From: Thermoanaerobaculia bacterium
Lineage (GTDB): Bacteria; Acidobacteriota; Thermoanaerobaculia; JALWYX01
Assembly (NCBI GenBank): GCA_027078415.1
Contig: JALWYX010000040.1
Location: 1-56,745 of the forward strand
Reading direction: 5' to 3'
Length of the DNA stretch: 56,745 bases
In this document: positions 1 through 9,087 of the stretch, one piece after another
Layout of the letters: each line of letters starts with the position of its first letter
Position numbering within the stretch: position 1 is the first letter of the stretch
Program-made: the position numbers and the translations under genes
Notes under the pieces: model-generated
Told to the model about the DNA's origin: nothing
The model's input: only the letters and a program-made list of their open reading frames with translations
The model's database searches: none

Positions 1-26
1 CTGATGAAGAGATTTATAGTAAATAA
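1..26 (+). CDS. Possible 3' end of a gene entering from outside the window (...DEEIYSK*)
   Basis: Frame reads gat gaa gag att tat agt aaa taa, followed by AT-rich non-coding DNA; too short to verify. Confidence 0.25.
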
Positions 27-747
27 TTAATAGTTAACTGGTGTAATTTGAAATAGAGAGGAGTGCAACAGTAGTTTATCTATATTTGATACAAACAGGA
101 AGTAGGAGTTAAACCATTTATCTGTTCGGTGAGAAAATAACCAAGAGTATCAAAAACCTAACGATATTGATGGTTGCTAGAATTCGCTCTTGCTCAATTT
201 GACGTTTATATAAGCAGGATAAAACAGCTTGCGTAAAAAATTACGTTTAATTGTATAGAGGTTTATGTAAAAGAAGAAGGTATGTTTGCTTTAGTAAAAA
301 GTTGATTTTTATCAAAAAGCTCTATGCAATTAATATTTACTAAGGGGATAATTGTTACAATTTTGGTGCTTTTTTCAATTGTAGCTGTTTATAATATATG
401 TTTAATAAAAACTTTGTGTAGCGATCTTAACTCTTTAGTCGGTTAATTGAGTTTCCAATATCTTATTTTGAGCCGAGGCACAAAAGACTTTTGTTTTTAA
501 GCAGCTACGATTGAGTAGAGAATTTTATCCAGTTGTCTTATATATTTTTTATGTATAACTTATATCTTGGTATAAAAATTATAACCCTTTAATTTTTTAT
601 GGCTTAATTAGTATATTTTCTAGTTACTGATTTTACGGATGTTTTGGGTATATTGTCTAAATTACAACTTTTTACCTTCTTGTTATTAGATTTGCTTATC
701 TTCTCTTTTATTGTAGGTATTGTAGTTTTTATGTTATTAGTTTGCTT

Positions 748-1875
748 TTACTGTTTTGCAAAAGGTACCCAGCTATGTTCTACCATTCTGCAGGTTACAG
801 CGTTTTTATTCACTGTGGATGTAATGGTATTGTAGCTCCATGAATAACCGTCAAAGTTGATATTGATTGTTAGATCATCACTCAGTACCGCGTTATTTGA
901 TGGCAGAAAAAAGCCGGTAGCTGCACAGGAAGCTAGTCCCGAAGTTGTTTCTTGTATGATAATATCGCACATTGTTGCAGAGTTGCTGCGTCCTGCGTAT
1001 ATTACGGTTACTATGTAATCATCTCCTGCACTTCCTATTTGTTGGTTATCTATATCATAGAGAGTATCTGTACCATCGTCGCCTGCTTTTGCAAGGGCCA
1101 AAGTTTCGACATCATCACATCCTAATTCTAATTGCTGTTCACTGCTGAAGGTACCTTGCTGCATTACAACTTCTATTGTAGAAGATGAGTAACCGTAAGT
1201 TGTTGCTACATCTCTATCACCGTTTGCGGCAAAGTTGTCTCCCGCTGGCAGATTAGCTAAATCTCTTGTCATACTGGTATTGTCATAGATTGTCGATTCC
1301 ACAGGGTCACACTGGAACGGATTGTTGTTGTAACTTGCAGTGCTCTGGTTGTATTTGAACCAGTGTAAATTTACGTCGTCTCCTCGTGTATCATCTGCAC
1401 TACCGTATATTGTGTCACTACCGCTATTGACATCGTAACTGCTATTTGAACCTTGAGTTGTTCTAGTAGAGTTGTTCTGCGGACTACCCAGTCCAGATTC
1501 GCTTGCCAGGTTGGGATGGGCTAAGCCTAGACAATGTCCTAGCTCGTGGAGAAACACAGATTCGAAATCCATTCCGCTTGCAGAAAAACTTAGATTGCTG
1601 GTTGTATTGTATATAGAACAGTTAAACGTTCTTATTGCATTCAATACAGATTCTTCTACCTGGTCAAATGTAGTGCCTGCGGGTAGAGTTATGTTGGGAT
1701 CTATACATAAAGTTACGACAAGCTCTTTATTTTCAGGATGAGAGGAGGGGTTATAGCCGGTTACAAAGGTTTTTAGGTTTACACCGTTGGTATCATCAGC
1801 AAAAATAAACGCTCCTGCATATAAGTTATAGGGGAGTAGCAACAATGAAAATATAGAAAGTATTTGTTTTATCAT
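748..1875 (-). CDS. Secreted zinc metalloprotease, metzincin (matrixin/M10-like) type
   Basis: Signal peptide MIKQILSIFSLLLLPYNLYA; HELGHCLGLAH fits HExxHxxGxxH; candidate Met-turn EVVMQQG; Asp/Asn/Ser-rich; ATGA overlap with upstream gene. Confidence 0.85.
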   Translation of the reverse strand: MIKQILSIFSLLLLPYNLYAGAFIFADDTNGVNLKTFVTGYNPSSHPENKELVVTLCIDPNITLPAGTTFDQVEESVLNAIRTFNCSIYNTTSNLSFSASGMDFESVFLHELGHCLGLAHPNLASESGLGSPQNNSTRTTQGSNSSYDVNSGSDTIYGSADDTRGDDVNLHWFKYNQSTASYNNNPFQCDPVESTIYDNTSMTRDLANLPAGDNFAANGDRDVATTYGYSSSTIEVVMQQGTFSSEQQLELGCDDVETLALAKAGDDGTDTLYDIDNQQIGSAGDDYIVTVIYAGRSNSATMCDIIIQETTSGLASCAATGFFLPSNNAVLSDDLTININFDGYSWSYNTITSTVNKNAVTCRMVEHSWVPFAKQ

Positions 1876-2459
1876 TTTTTCTCCCTCCTTTTTAGGCGGT
1901 TATCAGTTGTTAAGTTATTAAGTCTTTCTACCAGCTGGGCAAATGTAGCAATTTTTTTAGCTTCTGGAAAGCGTTTTGTTGCTGTTTCTACACCTCTGAA
2001 AAATATTTTTTCTTCTATTTTTTCTTTATCTTTTAAATAGTTTACTTCCAGCTGCGTGAGGACATCATCTGCTACGTAGAAAAGTTCAGGCTGGCCTACT
2101 GCACGCGCGTTTTTACGAAATTCAGCCTCAAAGATTTCATATTCTTCTTTTAGATCTTTTTCAGATAAGGTGGTAATTACAGTATCTATTTCGGCGAGAA
2201 GAGCCTCAAACTCGTTTTGTGGTAACTTCATATACCACCATCCTCCTCTAACATGAGGCTCGGGAAAATAAACTGAAACTTTCCCATCGGCCCATATCTG
2301 TAAAGTGGGGTGAGGATACGCTTCTATAAGTTGAGGTGCGACATGGTAAAACACCACTATAGGTTTTTCTTGTTTTGCTGGTAAAGGTTTTATTTGTACG
2401 TCTGATTTAACAAAGGTAGGGAAAAAAGTTATAAACGCTACTGATAATATTCTTTTCAT
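1872..2459 (-). CDS. Secreted hypothetical protein
   Basis: Signal-peptide-like N-terminus, GGAGGGG RBS, coupled to both neighbours; no motif recognised. Confidence 0.8.
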   Translation of the reverse strand: MKRILSVAFITFFPTFVKSDVQIKPLPAKQEKPIVVFYHVAPQLIEAYPHPTLQIWADGKVSVYFPEPHVRGGWWYMKLPQNEFEALLAEIDTVITTLSEKDLKEEYEIFEAEFRKNARAVGQPELFYVADDVLTQLEVNYLKDKEKIEEKIFFRGVETATKRFPEAKKIATFAQLVERLNNLTTDNRLKRREKK

Positions 2460-2469
2460 TATCCCCCTC

Positions 2470-3606
2470 CTACTCTACGAACAAGCTTTTAAGTGTAACT
2501 GGTACATTTCCTTGCGTTGTAAATTTAAGTCTTCCAAAACTCATATCAAAATAGGCAATGCCTGCAGTTGCTGATCCTACGTCTACAACCGAAGGATGTA
2601 TGCCTACAAGACCGCTACTGTCCAGTAGTATAGGAGCATTCCAGCTGCTTCCTATAGAATCACTAGATATGATTAACTTTAGGTCGTAAGTTTTACCATC
2701 CAAAAACGCTATTACTATCCTATTGGCGCTTGTAAATTCTTTCATTTCTAAATGTACAGGTCTTACTCCCACAAGAACTGTTGTGCATGAACCCCATGAG
2801 GTTCCGTCGACATCCGTAGCTCTGCAGTAGATGAGATCATCACCTTTAAGCGCTGCTATTGCAGGATTTCCATCTACAACCTCTAACGAAGGAGATAGGA
2901 AAGGTACAGTACCAGAAGTATCAACAATAGTAGCAGAGGATGGCCATGAAGATCCATCTGTATTGTTAGCTCTTATGTAAGCTAATGAATATATGTTGCC
3001 AGTTACATCCACAGTTGCTATAGCTGGACGTCCATTTACTATTTCCAATGATGGATGGTGCCAAGATTCAAATGTTGTAAAATTGAGCACTTGTGTCGAG
3101 GTCCAACTGCTACCTATAGCATCAGTTGCTTTTAGGTAATATATTTGGGATTTAGTAGGAGTGTAATTTACTACATATGCTATAGCGGCGGTGTTTTGAT
3201 GCTCCACCATAGAGAGCCATCCTATGGGATTTGTAGAATCTATAGCATTTTGATGAGCTGCGGGCCACGATGAGCCGGTTGCGTCATTTGCTCGCTTATA
3301 ATCTACAGAAAAGTCACTTCTGTTGACGTAGGCTATCGCAGGATTTCCTGCTATTACCGCCATAGTAGGAAAGGTAGCGTTCGAGGCTATCGATGTAGGA
3401 GTACCCCACGTTGCTCCAGTACTGTCGTTGGCTCTCACATAGTAGATGTTGTAGGATCCCAAATCAGCGTACGCAACAGCGGGGTTTCCAGAAACTACCT
3501 CTGCATCCGCAAACCAACCTACCGTAAGATCAGCACCGTCGTGAACTACAACTTGCGCAATAGCTATAGTACCAACAATAAATAGTAAAATTACCCCCCT
3601 TTTCAT
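2470..3606 (-). CDS. Secreted repeat protein, probable 7-bladed beta-propeller with Asp-box-like motifs
   Basis: Signal peptide; about 7 repeats of GNPAIAY...YxRAxDxxGSSW; C-terminal VPVTLKSLFVE. Confidence 0.8.
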   Translation of the reverse strand: MKRGVILLFIVGTIAIAQVVVHDGADLTVGWFADAEVVSGNPAVAYADLGSYNIYYVRANDSTGATWGTPTSIASNATFPTMAVIAGNPAIAYVNRSDFSVDYKRANDATGSSWPAAHQNAIDSTNPIGWLSMVEHQNTAAIAYVVNYTPTKSQIYYLKATDAIGSSWTSTQVLNFTTFESWHHPSLEIVNGRPAIATVDVTGNIYSLAYIRANNTDGSSWPSSATIVDTSGTVPFLSPSLEVVDGNPAIAALKGDDLIYCRATDVDGTSWGSCTTVLVGVRPVHLEMKEFTSANRIVIAFLDGKTYDLKLIISSDSIGSSWNAPILLDSSGLVGIHPSVVDVGSATAGIAYFDMSFGRLKFTTQGNVPVTLKSLFVE

Positions 3607-3702
3607 ACCTAACCCCCCTAGTTATCATAAAATATATTATCATATATGTTTAGTACAGCAGTTGTCATTAGCAATTTAAATAAAATTAAAGGAATTAGTA
3701 AA

Positions 3703-4482
3703 CTATTTTTTGTTTATCCTGTATTTGCTTACTTTTGTTTCTAAAAACTCGGCTTCTTCTTTTGATATTGCTGCTGTTAGTCCTTTCACTTTTAGAGGTA
3801 GAAGTTGTTGGGATGTGGTATTGTCGAGTATTACTGTTCCTCCACCAAATTCAACTAGGGCCCAACCTGCTGCTATGTCCCATAAATTTTTGGGAACCAA
3901 CGTTGAAGTGGCTTGATAGATGGAAGCTGCTACGAGTGATAGTTTATAAGCGATTGAGCCAGTAGGTATTATCTCTAGTTTCTTGTTTTTTTCTATTTCT
4001 TTCCATAAACCTTTTCTATACTCAGTTCGACTTACTAACGTTTGTATAGGAAAATATATTGTTTTTCTAGAGTTGTTTTTTTTCTTACCGTTTACCCATA
4101 CCCCTTCATCTATACTTCCGGATACCATGAAAGCTTTTTCAGGGTTGTAGATACCAGCTGCTTTGAATCTATTACTTTCCCAAAGAGCTACTGAGATAGC
4201 CCATTCAGGTATCTTATCTATAAACTCCTTTGTACCGTCTATAGGGTCTACTATCCACACTTTTTTGTATCTTTCCAAAGTGGTAGCTATCTCGCCACTG
4301 TTTTCTTCAGATAGCCAAATGTCACCTTCTTTAAAAAGGTGTTTTCGTAAAACTTTATTTGATTCTATATCTGCAGCTGTAACAGGGTCGTTAGGAGATT
4401 TCCATCTGATGGTACGGTTTTGGGTTTTTTTTATAGCTTCTGCAGCGCTAAGCAAAGCGTTTTCTATTTCTTTTCTAACCAT
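3703..4482 (-). CDS. cysQ: 3'(2'),5'-bisphosphate nucleotidase, inositol monophosphatase family
   Basis: DPVTAAD, SEE, VDPIDGTKEF, WDIAAG motifs; directly downstream of sat/cysC. Confidence 0.85.
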   Translation of the reverse strand: MVRKEIENALLSAAEAIKKTQNRTIRWKSPNDPVTAADIESNKVLRKHLFKEGDIWLSEENSGEIATTLERYKKVWIVDPIDGTKEFIDKIPEWAISVALWESNRFKAAGIYNPEKAFMVSGSIDEGVWVNGKKKNNSRKTIYFPIQTLVSRTEYRKGLWKEIEKNKKLEIIPTGSIAYKLSLVAASIYQATSTLVPKNLWDIAAGWALVEFGGGTVILDNTTSQQLLPLKVKGLTAAISKEEAEFLETKVSKYRINKK

Positions 4483-6223
4483 TGCTATTAGGACCTATAA
4501 ATCCTTCCTTTTCTAAATGTAATATTATTTGTTGTACCGCTTCTCCGGGAGTGATATTGGTTGTATCTATCTCCAGATCTGCGTCGTCTGGAGGTTCGTA
4601 AGGGTCAGATATTCCTGTAAAGTTTTTTATTATTCCCATCCTTGCTTTCTTGTATAAACCTTTACGATCTCTTTTTTCACACACCTCCAATGGAGTGGAT
4701 ACGTACACCAATATAAATCCTCCGTATTGGGAGATCATTTTCCTTACTTCTTTTCTTACCGAATCGTAAGGTGCTATCGGTGCACACAAAGCAACTCCCC
4801 TGTTTTTAGTAATCTCTGAAGCAACAAAGCCGATCCTTTTTATGTTTATATCTCTATGTTCTTTAGAAAACCCTAATTCAGATGAAAGATTTTTCCTTAC
4901 TATATCACCGTCTAAAAGGGTAACTGGTCTTCCTCCTATCTCAAGAAGTTTAACAAGTAAAACGTTTGCTAAAGTTGATTTACCTGCTCCTGATAAACCT
5001 GTAAAAAACACTGTGAAACCTTGTTTGGAGCGTGGAGGATAAGTCTTTTGAAGTTCAGTTAAAACCTCTGGAAATGTGAACCATTCAGGTACAGATCTAC
5101 CTTCTTCTAACCTTTGTCTAAGCTCTGTACCTGATAGAGAGAAAAACTTTTTACCTTTGGGTATCTCATCTATGGGTAGATATCTGTCTTCCTCTGGTAA
5201 ATAAACCATCATTTTAAAGGGTACCATTTTTATCCCGAGCTCTTTCTCATATTTTTTTACGAGTTCTTGAGCTTCGTAAGGACCGTAGAAGGGCTTACCG
5301 TTGCTGTCTACACCTGGTCCAGCGTGATCTCTGCCGACTATAAAGTGAGTGCAGCCGTAGTTCTTACGAATTATAGCGTGTAGCAAGGCTTCTCTTGGAC
5401 CGCCCATTCTCATAGCCAGTGGTAGAAGCGCTAGAGTTGCTGTTCCCCTTGGATATCTTTTCATAACAGCCTGATAACATCTAACTCGTGTATAATGATC
5501 CACATCTCCAGGTTTTGTCATGCCTACAACAGGGTGTATAAGTAGATTGGCTTCTAACTCTTTTGCAGCTCGTAGAGTTAGTTCAAAGTGCGCTTTGTGC
5601 ATAGGATTTCTCGTTTGAAAAGCTACTATTTTTCGCCACCCCCATTTTTTGAAACGATAACGTAATTCACGCGGAGTTAACCTTAGATGGACAAAATCGT
5701 AATGGGGAGGTAGTTCTAAAACCTCTATCTTGCCCCCTATAGCTATGTTGTTCATACGATTGAATATGTGAGCTACCCCGGGGTGCTTTAGATCTAAAGT
5801 AGAATAAAGAGAAAGAGCTTTTTTTTCTCTGTCTATCTCCCAAGTTTCTTCGACATCGACTATAGCCAAACATACTCCTTCTGGATCGTAAAGGGCTAGT
5901 TTACCTACTTTACTAGCTTTTTCGGCGACCTCTGGAGTTACGTCTAGTGTTATAGGTAAGGGCCATAGTAAACCGTTTGTAAGACGCATATTATCGCATA
6001 CCGATTCAAAATCCTCTTTTCCTAAGAATCTGTCTAAAGGAGAAAAGCCCCCGTTCGCTAAAAGTTCTAAATCGCACAACTGCCTAGCTGTTAAATCCCA
6101 ACTAGGAAAATGTATTGCTTGTTCCGCAAGCTCTTTCTTTGTTTCTGAATCTACTACTAAATCTGTTAATTTGTTACCGTGCGGAAATATAGGGTACTCT
6201 TCCACTTTTAATTTGTCTAGCAA
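4475..6223 (-). CDS. sat: Bifunctional sulfate adenylyltransferase / adenylylsulfate kinase
   Basis: QTRNPMH and GRDHAG (ATP sulfurylase); GLSGAGKST, LDGD, RDRKGLY (APS kinase); TTG start 7 nt after AGGAGG. Confidence 0.95.
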   Translation of the reverse strand: MLDKLKVEEYPIFPHGNKLTDLVVDSETKKELAEQAIHFPSWDLTARQLCDLELLANGGFSPLDRFLGKEDFESVCDNMRLTNGLLWPLPITLDVTPEVAEKASKVGKLALYDPEGVCLAIVDVEETWEIDREKKALSLYSTLDLKHPGVAHIFNRMNNIAIGGKIEVLELPPHYDFVHLRLTPRELRYRFKKWGWRKIVAFQTRNPMHKAHFELTLRAAKELEANLLIHPVVGMTKPGDVDHYTRVRCYQAVMKRYPRGTATLALLPLAMRMGGPREALLHAIIRKNYGCTHFIVGRDHAGPGVDSNGKPFYGPYEAQELVKKYEKELGIKMVPFKMMVYLPEEDRYLPIDEIPKGKKFFSLSGTELRQRLEEGRSVPEWFTFPEVLTELQKTYPPRSKQGFTVFFTGLSGAGKSTLANVLLVKLLEIGGRPVTLLDGDIVRKNLSSELGFSKEHRDINIKRIGFVASEITKNRGVALCAPIAPYDSVRKEVRKMISQYGGFILVYVSTPLEVCEKRDRKGLYKKARMGIIKNFTGISDPYEPPDDADLEIDTTNITPGEAVQQIILHLEKEGFIGPNSNG

Positions 6224-6261
6224 CTCATTTCCTCCTTTGTCTGAATTTTTAAGATTACTAA

Positions 6262-6286
6262 ATTATATTACGATTTGTGGTTACAA
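6262..6286 (-). promoter_or_regulatory. Candidate promoter for sat-cysQ (TTGTAA-N13-TATAAT)
   Basis: Perfect TATAAT about 40 nt upstream of the start; TTG hexamer at a non-canonical 13-bp spacing. Confidence 0.4.
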
Positions 6287-6322
6287 GCGATAAACTTCCG
6301 TTTTAGATGTTTTTGTGTTTGC

Positions 6323-7711
6323 TTATAGGTACCCTAGAGCTTGTAAGGTTTTCTCTAGTTCTGGAGAAAAGGAATAAGGTTGTTCACGAGGCCAATCTTC
6401 GTAGATTTTGTCGCGTTTTTTTATCAGATATTCTAATTTTTTGTGAAACCTGGATTTCGTATCTGCCACTCTATTTCTGCTGATAGAAGCTAAATCGTTT
6501 TGCTCAAAAGGATCTTGTATCAAATGGAAAAGCTTGGTTTTGTTTTTATGAGGAGAGATTTTCAGTGAAAGGGGAAAATCAACGGTGAAAAAGGTGAATT
6601 CACTAGCAGGATGAGACACCCCTAATATCAACCTTTTTGACCGAAGGTCTGACTGGAGTAAAGATACGGAGTCTAATTTGTAATTGGGAGGAGGAATATC
6701 TAAATACTCTAGAACAGTTGCGAATATATCTGTTATGCTTACGGGAGCCTTTACTATTTTGGGTTTTTCTTGCTTTGGAATCATAACCATTAGAGGTATA
6801 GCAATAGTTTCTACAAAAGGTTGCACGTGATCGAAGAAACCATGCTCACGAAATTCCTCTCCGTGATCGGAGAAGATTATTATTAGAGAGTCTTTTGATA
6901 TTCCCTCTTTGTCGAAGAACGAAAATAGTCCAACTAACTGATGGTCTAGATATTTTACACCTGCTCGATACAAATTTTCTACTTTATCTACCGTTTCTTG
7001 GGGAACTGAAATTCTCCTGTTATTAATCTCTTTTAACCACTGTATAGCACATTTTTGGTCGATGCAAAACTCTTGTTTGCTCACCTTTACGTTTCTTCTA
7101 TATTTCGGAGGAGAATAGTAAGGTAGAAAGTTTTGTCCTATGTCGCTTCGGTCTGCATGAGCATCCATAAAATTAAAAAATGCGAAAAACGGTGATCTTT
7201 TTTGACGTGCTATTTTTAGGTATTTGACAGCTTCCTTTATAAGGTGTTCGGCTGGTGCTAGTTTTCGTCTTACATTTATAAATACTTCAAATCCTCTGTG
7301 AAAACCCACTTCTTGTGCAAGGACAGGATTGGAGTTAAATGCTAATGTCGTATATCCTTTTTGTTGCAAAATTTCAGCTAACGTTTTTATAGTGGGAGGT
7401 AAAGATCCTTTCTTTATCTCTAGTATGGAATGTACAACAGGCGAAAGACCAGTAAAAACTGACATATGTGAAGGTGTTGAATAGTGAGACACACTAAAGG
7501 CGTTTGTAAAGATAATGCCTTTGAATCTTTTATAAATAGCAATTATATTAGGCATATCTAAATGTTTACTCCCTACCAATTGGCCCCAACAATCCCGCCT
7601 TACAGTATCTAAAGAGATAAGAATCACGTTGGTTCGGTTAGCAGAGAAAGGAGCTTTATTACAGCTTATAGCTAACAGCAGAAATATGGGTAGAACAACT
7701 TTCATTTTCAT
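6323..7711 (-). CDS. Sulfatase-like hydrolase/transferase (alkaline phosphatase superfamily), probable lipoprotein
   Basis: ISLDTVRRD, STPSHMSVFTG, FMDAH, FSDHGEEF, C-terminal LQALGYL; signal ends LLLAISC. Confidence 0.85.
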   Translation of the reverse strand: MKMKVVLPIFLLLAISCNKAPFSANRTNVILISLDTVRRDCWGQLVGSKHLDMPNIIAIYKRFKGIIFTNAFSVSHYSTPSHMSVFTGLSPVVHSILEIKKGSLPPTIKTLAEILQQKGYTTLAFNSNPVLAQEVGFHRGFEVFINVRRKLAPAEHLIKEAVKYLKIARQKRSPFFAFFNFMDAHADRSDIGQNFLPYYSPPKYRRNVKVSKQEFCIDQKCAIQWLKEINNRRISVPQETVDKVENLYRAGVKYLDHQLVGLFSFFDKEGISKDSLIIIFSDHGEEFREHGFFDHVQPFVETIAIPLMVMIPKQEKPKIVKAPVSITDIFATVLEYLDIPPPNYKLDSVSLLQSDLRSKRLILGVSHPASEFTFFTVDFPLSLKISPHKNKTKLFHLIQDPFEQNDLASISRNRVADTKSRFHKKLEYLIKKRDKIYEDWPREQPYSFSPELEKTLQALGYL

Positions 7712-7720
7712 TTTTTTGGT

Positions 7721-8494
7721 TTATAACTGATCTCTTAAAATATCTGCTCCTCTTTGAAATATTGAATACCCAAGTAGAAGTATCAGGAAAGAGTAAATCG
7801 CTAAGGTAGAAATAGGTTGTAATATGGGTATAGGTTTACCTAGAAGACAGAATCTGTAAATCTCGATTAACGATGTTAGAGGGTTCAGTTGAAGCAGGGT
7901 TTGTAGTTTCTCAGGTACAAATGTAAGAGGATATACTATAGGCGTCATATAAAAAATAACTTGGAGAACTATTTGTACTATTTGATATGTGTCACGTATA
8001 ACTGTTTGTAGCATAGCTACCGCCAGGGAACATCCTGTCGAGATTGTTATTTGTATAATTAGTATGAAGGGTAACAGTAGGAGATTGAGCACTCTTGGAG
8101 GAGAGATAAAATATAGAAAAACTAAAAATATCCCTGTTGCTATCAATTGGTGAAATAAAGCGGAGAAGTTTACTGTCAGAATGAGAATTTTTGGATCGAG
8201 AGGGTTATTTTTTATTATGTTGGAGTTTTCTATAAGTACGTTTGTTGAACGTGTTATTGCTTCGCTAAATGAAAACCACGGTATTAGAGCAGTAAAAAGG
8301 AAGAGAGAGAAATTTGAAGTTCCTTCGATTGTTGGATCGATTTGTATTTTAAGTATAAGAGCGAAAAGAAAATAAAAAAGAAGGAAATTGCCAACAGGGT
8401 GAATAAAGGGCCAAATAATACCTCCTACCGATCCTACGTATCGCGCCTTTATATCTCGTTTTACAAACTCTTTAAGGAGTATTATTTTTTCCAC
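7721..8494 (-). CDS. wzm: ABC-2 polysaccharide export permease (Wzm/TagG family)
   Basis: RDIKARYVGSVGGIIW, FYMTPIVYP, LNPLT motifs; about 6 TM segments. Confidence 0.85.
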   Translation of the reverse strand: MEKIILLKEFVKRDIKARYVGSVGGIIWPFIHPVGNFLLFYFLFALILKIQIDPTIEGTSNFSLFLFTALIPWFSFSEAITRSTNVLIENSNIIKNNPLDPKILILTVNFSALFHQLIATGIFLVFLYFISPPRVLNLLLLPFILIIQITISTGCSLAVAMLQTVIRDTYQIVQIVLQVIFYMTPIVYPLTFVPEKLQTLLQLNPLTSLIEIYRFCLLGKPIPILQPISTLAIYSFLILLLGYSIFQRGADILRDQL

Positions 8495-9000
8495 TAAGAG
8501 GAGTTGATAAAGTTTAACACTTCCTGGTAGTTAGGTTCTGTTGTTATTTCAGGAACAAGTTGTGTGTATCGTACTACTCCATTTTCGTCTACTATTACTA
8601 CAGCTCTTGCTAATAGATAAGCCAAAGGACCTGAACTCATAAGAACTCCGTATTTTTTACCGAATTCCCCGGTTCTAAAATCGGAAAGAGTTTCAACATT
8701 TTCTAACCCTTCTGCACCGCAAAACCTGGCTTGTGCGAAAGGGAGATCACGTGATATACATAAGACTACACTATCACTTATTTGAGATGCTATTTCGTTA
8801 AATTTTCTTACAGACGCTGCACATACTCCTGTATCTATACTAGGAAAAATATTCATAACGATTCTTTTCCCTTTATAGTCTTTTAAGTTTTTTTCAGAAA
8901 GGTCGTTAGCTACAAGTGTAAAGTCTGGTGCATTTTCTCCTATTTCAGGTAGATTACCTACAGTTTCTACTTCTTGACCTTTAAAGGTTACAACAGCCAC
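8494..9000 (-). CDS. tpx: Thiol peroxidase (atypical 2-Cys peroxiredoxin)
   Basis: [29 protein letters not shown]; GGAGG RBS with GTG start. Confidence 0.95.
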   Translation of the reverse strand: MAVVTFKGQEVETVGNLPEIGENAPDFTLVANDLSEKNLKDYKGKRIVMNIFPSIDTGVCAASVRKFNEIASQISDSVVLCISRDLPFAQARFCGAEGLENVETLSDFRTGEFGKKYGVLMSSGPLAYLLARAVVIVDENGVVRYTQLVPEITTEPNYQEVLNFINSS

Positions 9001-9087
9001 TGTTTCCTCCTTCCATATATAATTTTTTAAGTTAATATTATAACAGAGAAGGTATTGCTGTTTTTAAGCTCAAGGACACGAAAATAG

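Noticed and set aside
1-60. CTGATGA...GAAA resembling a hammerhead ribozyme core
   Set aside because: No convincing stem II; better explained as the end of a coding frame.
27-747. oriC or dif site in the AT-rich spacer
   Set aside because: No TTATCCACA cluster and no correctly spaced XerC/XerD arms.
644-835. 63-aa hydrophobic ORF
   Set aside because: TTG start without RBS, antisense overlap with the protease; hydrophobicity follows from T-rich DNA.
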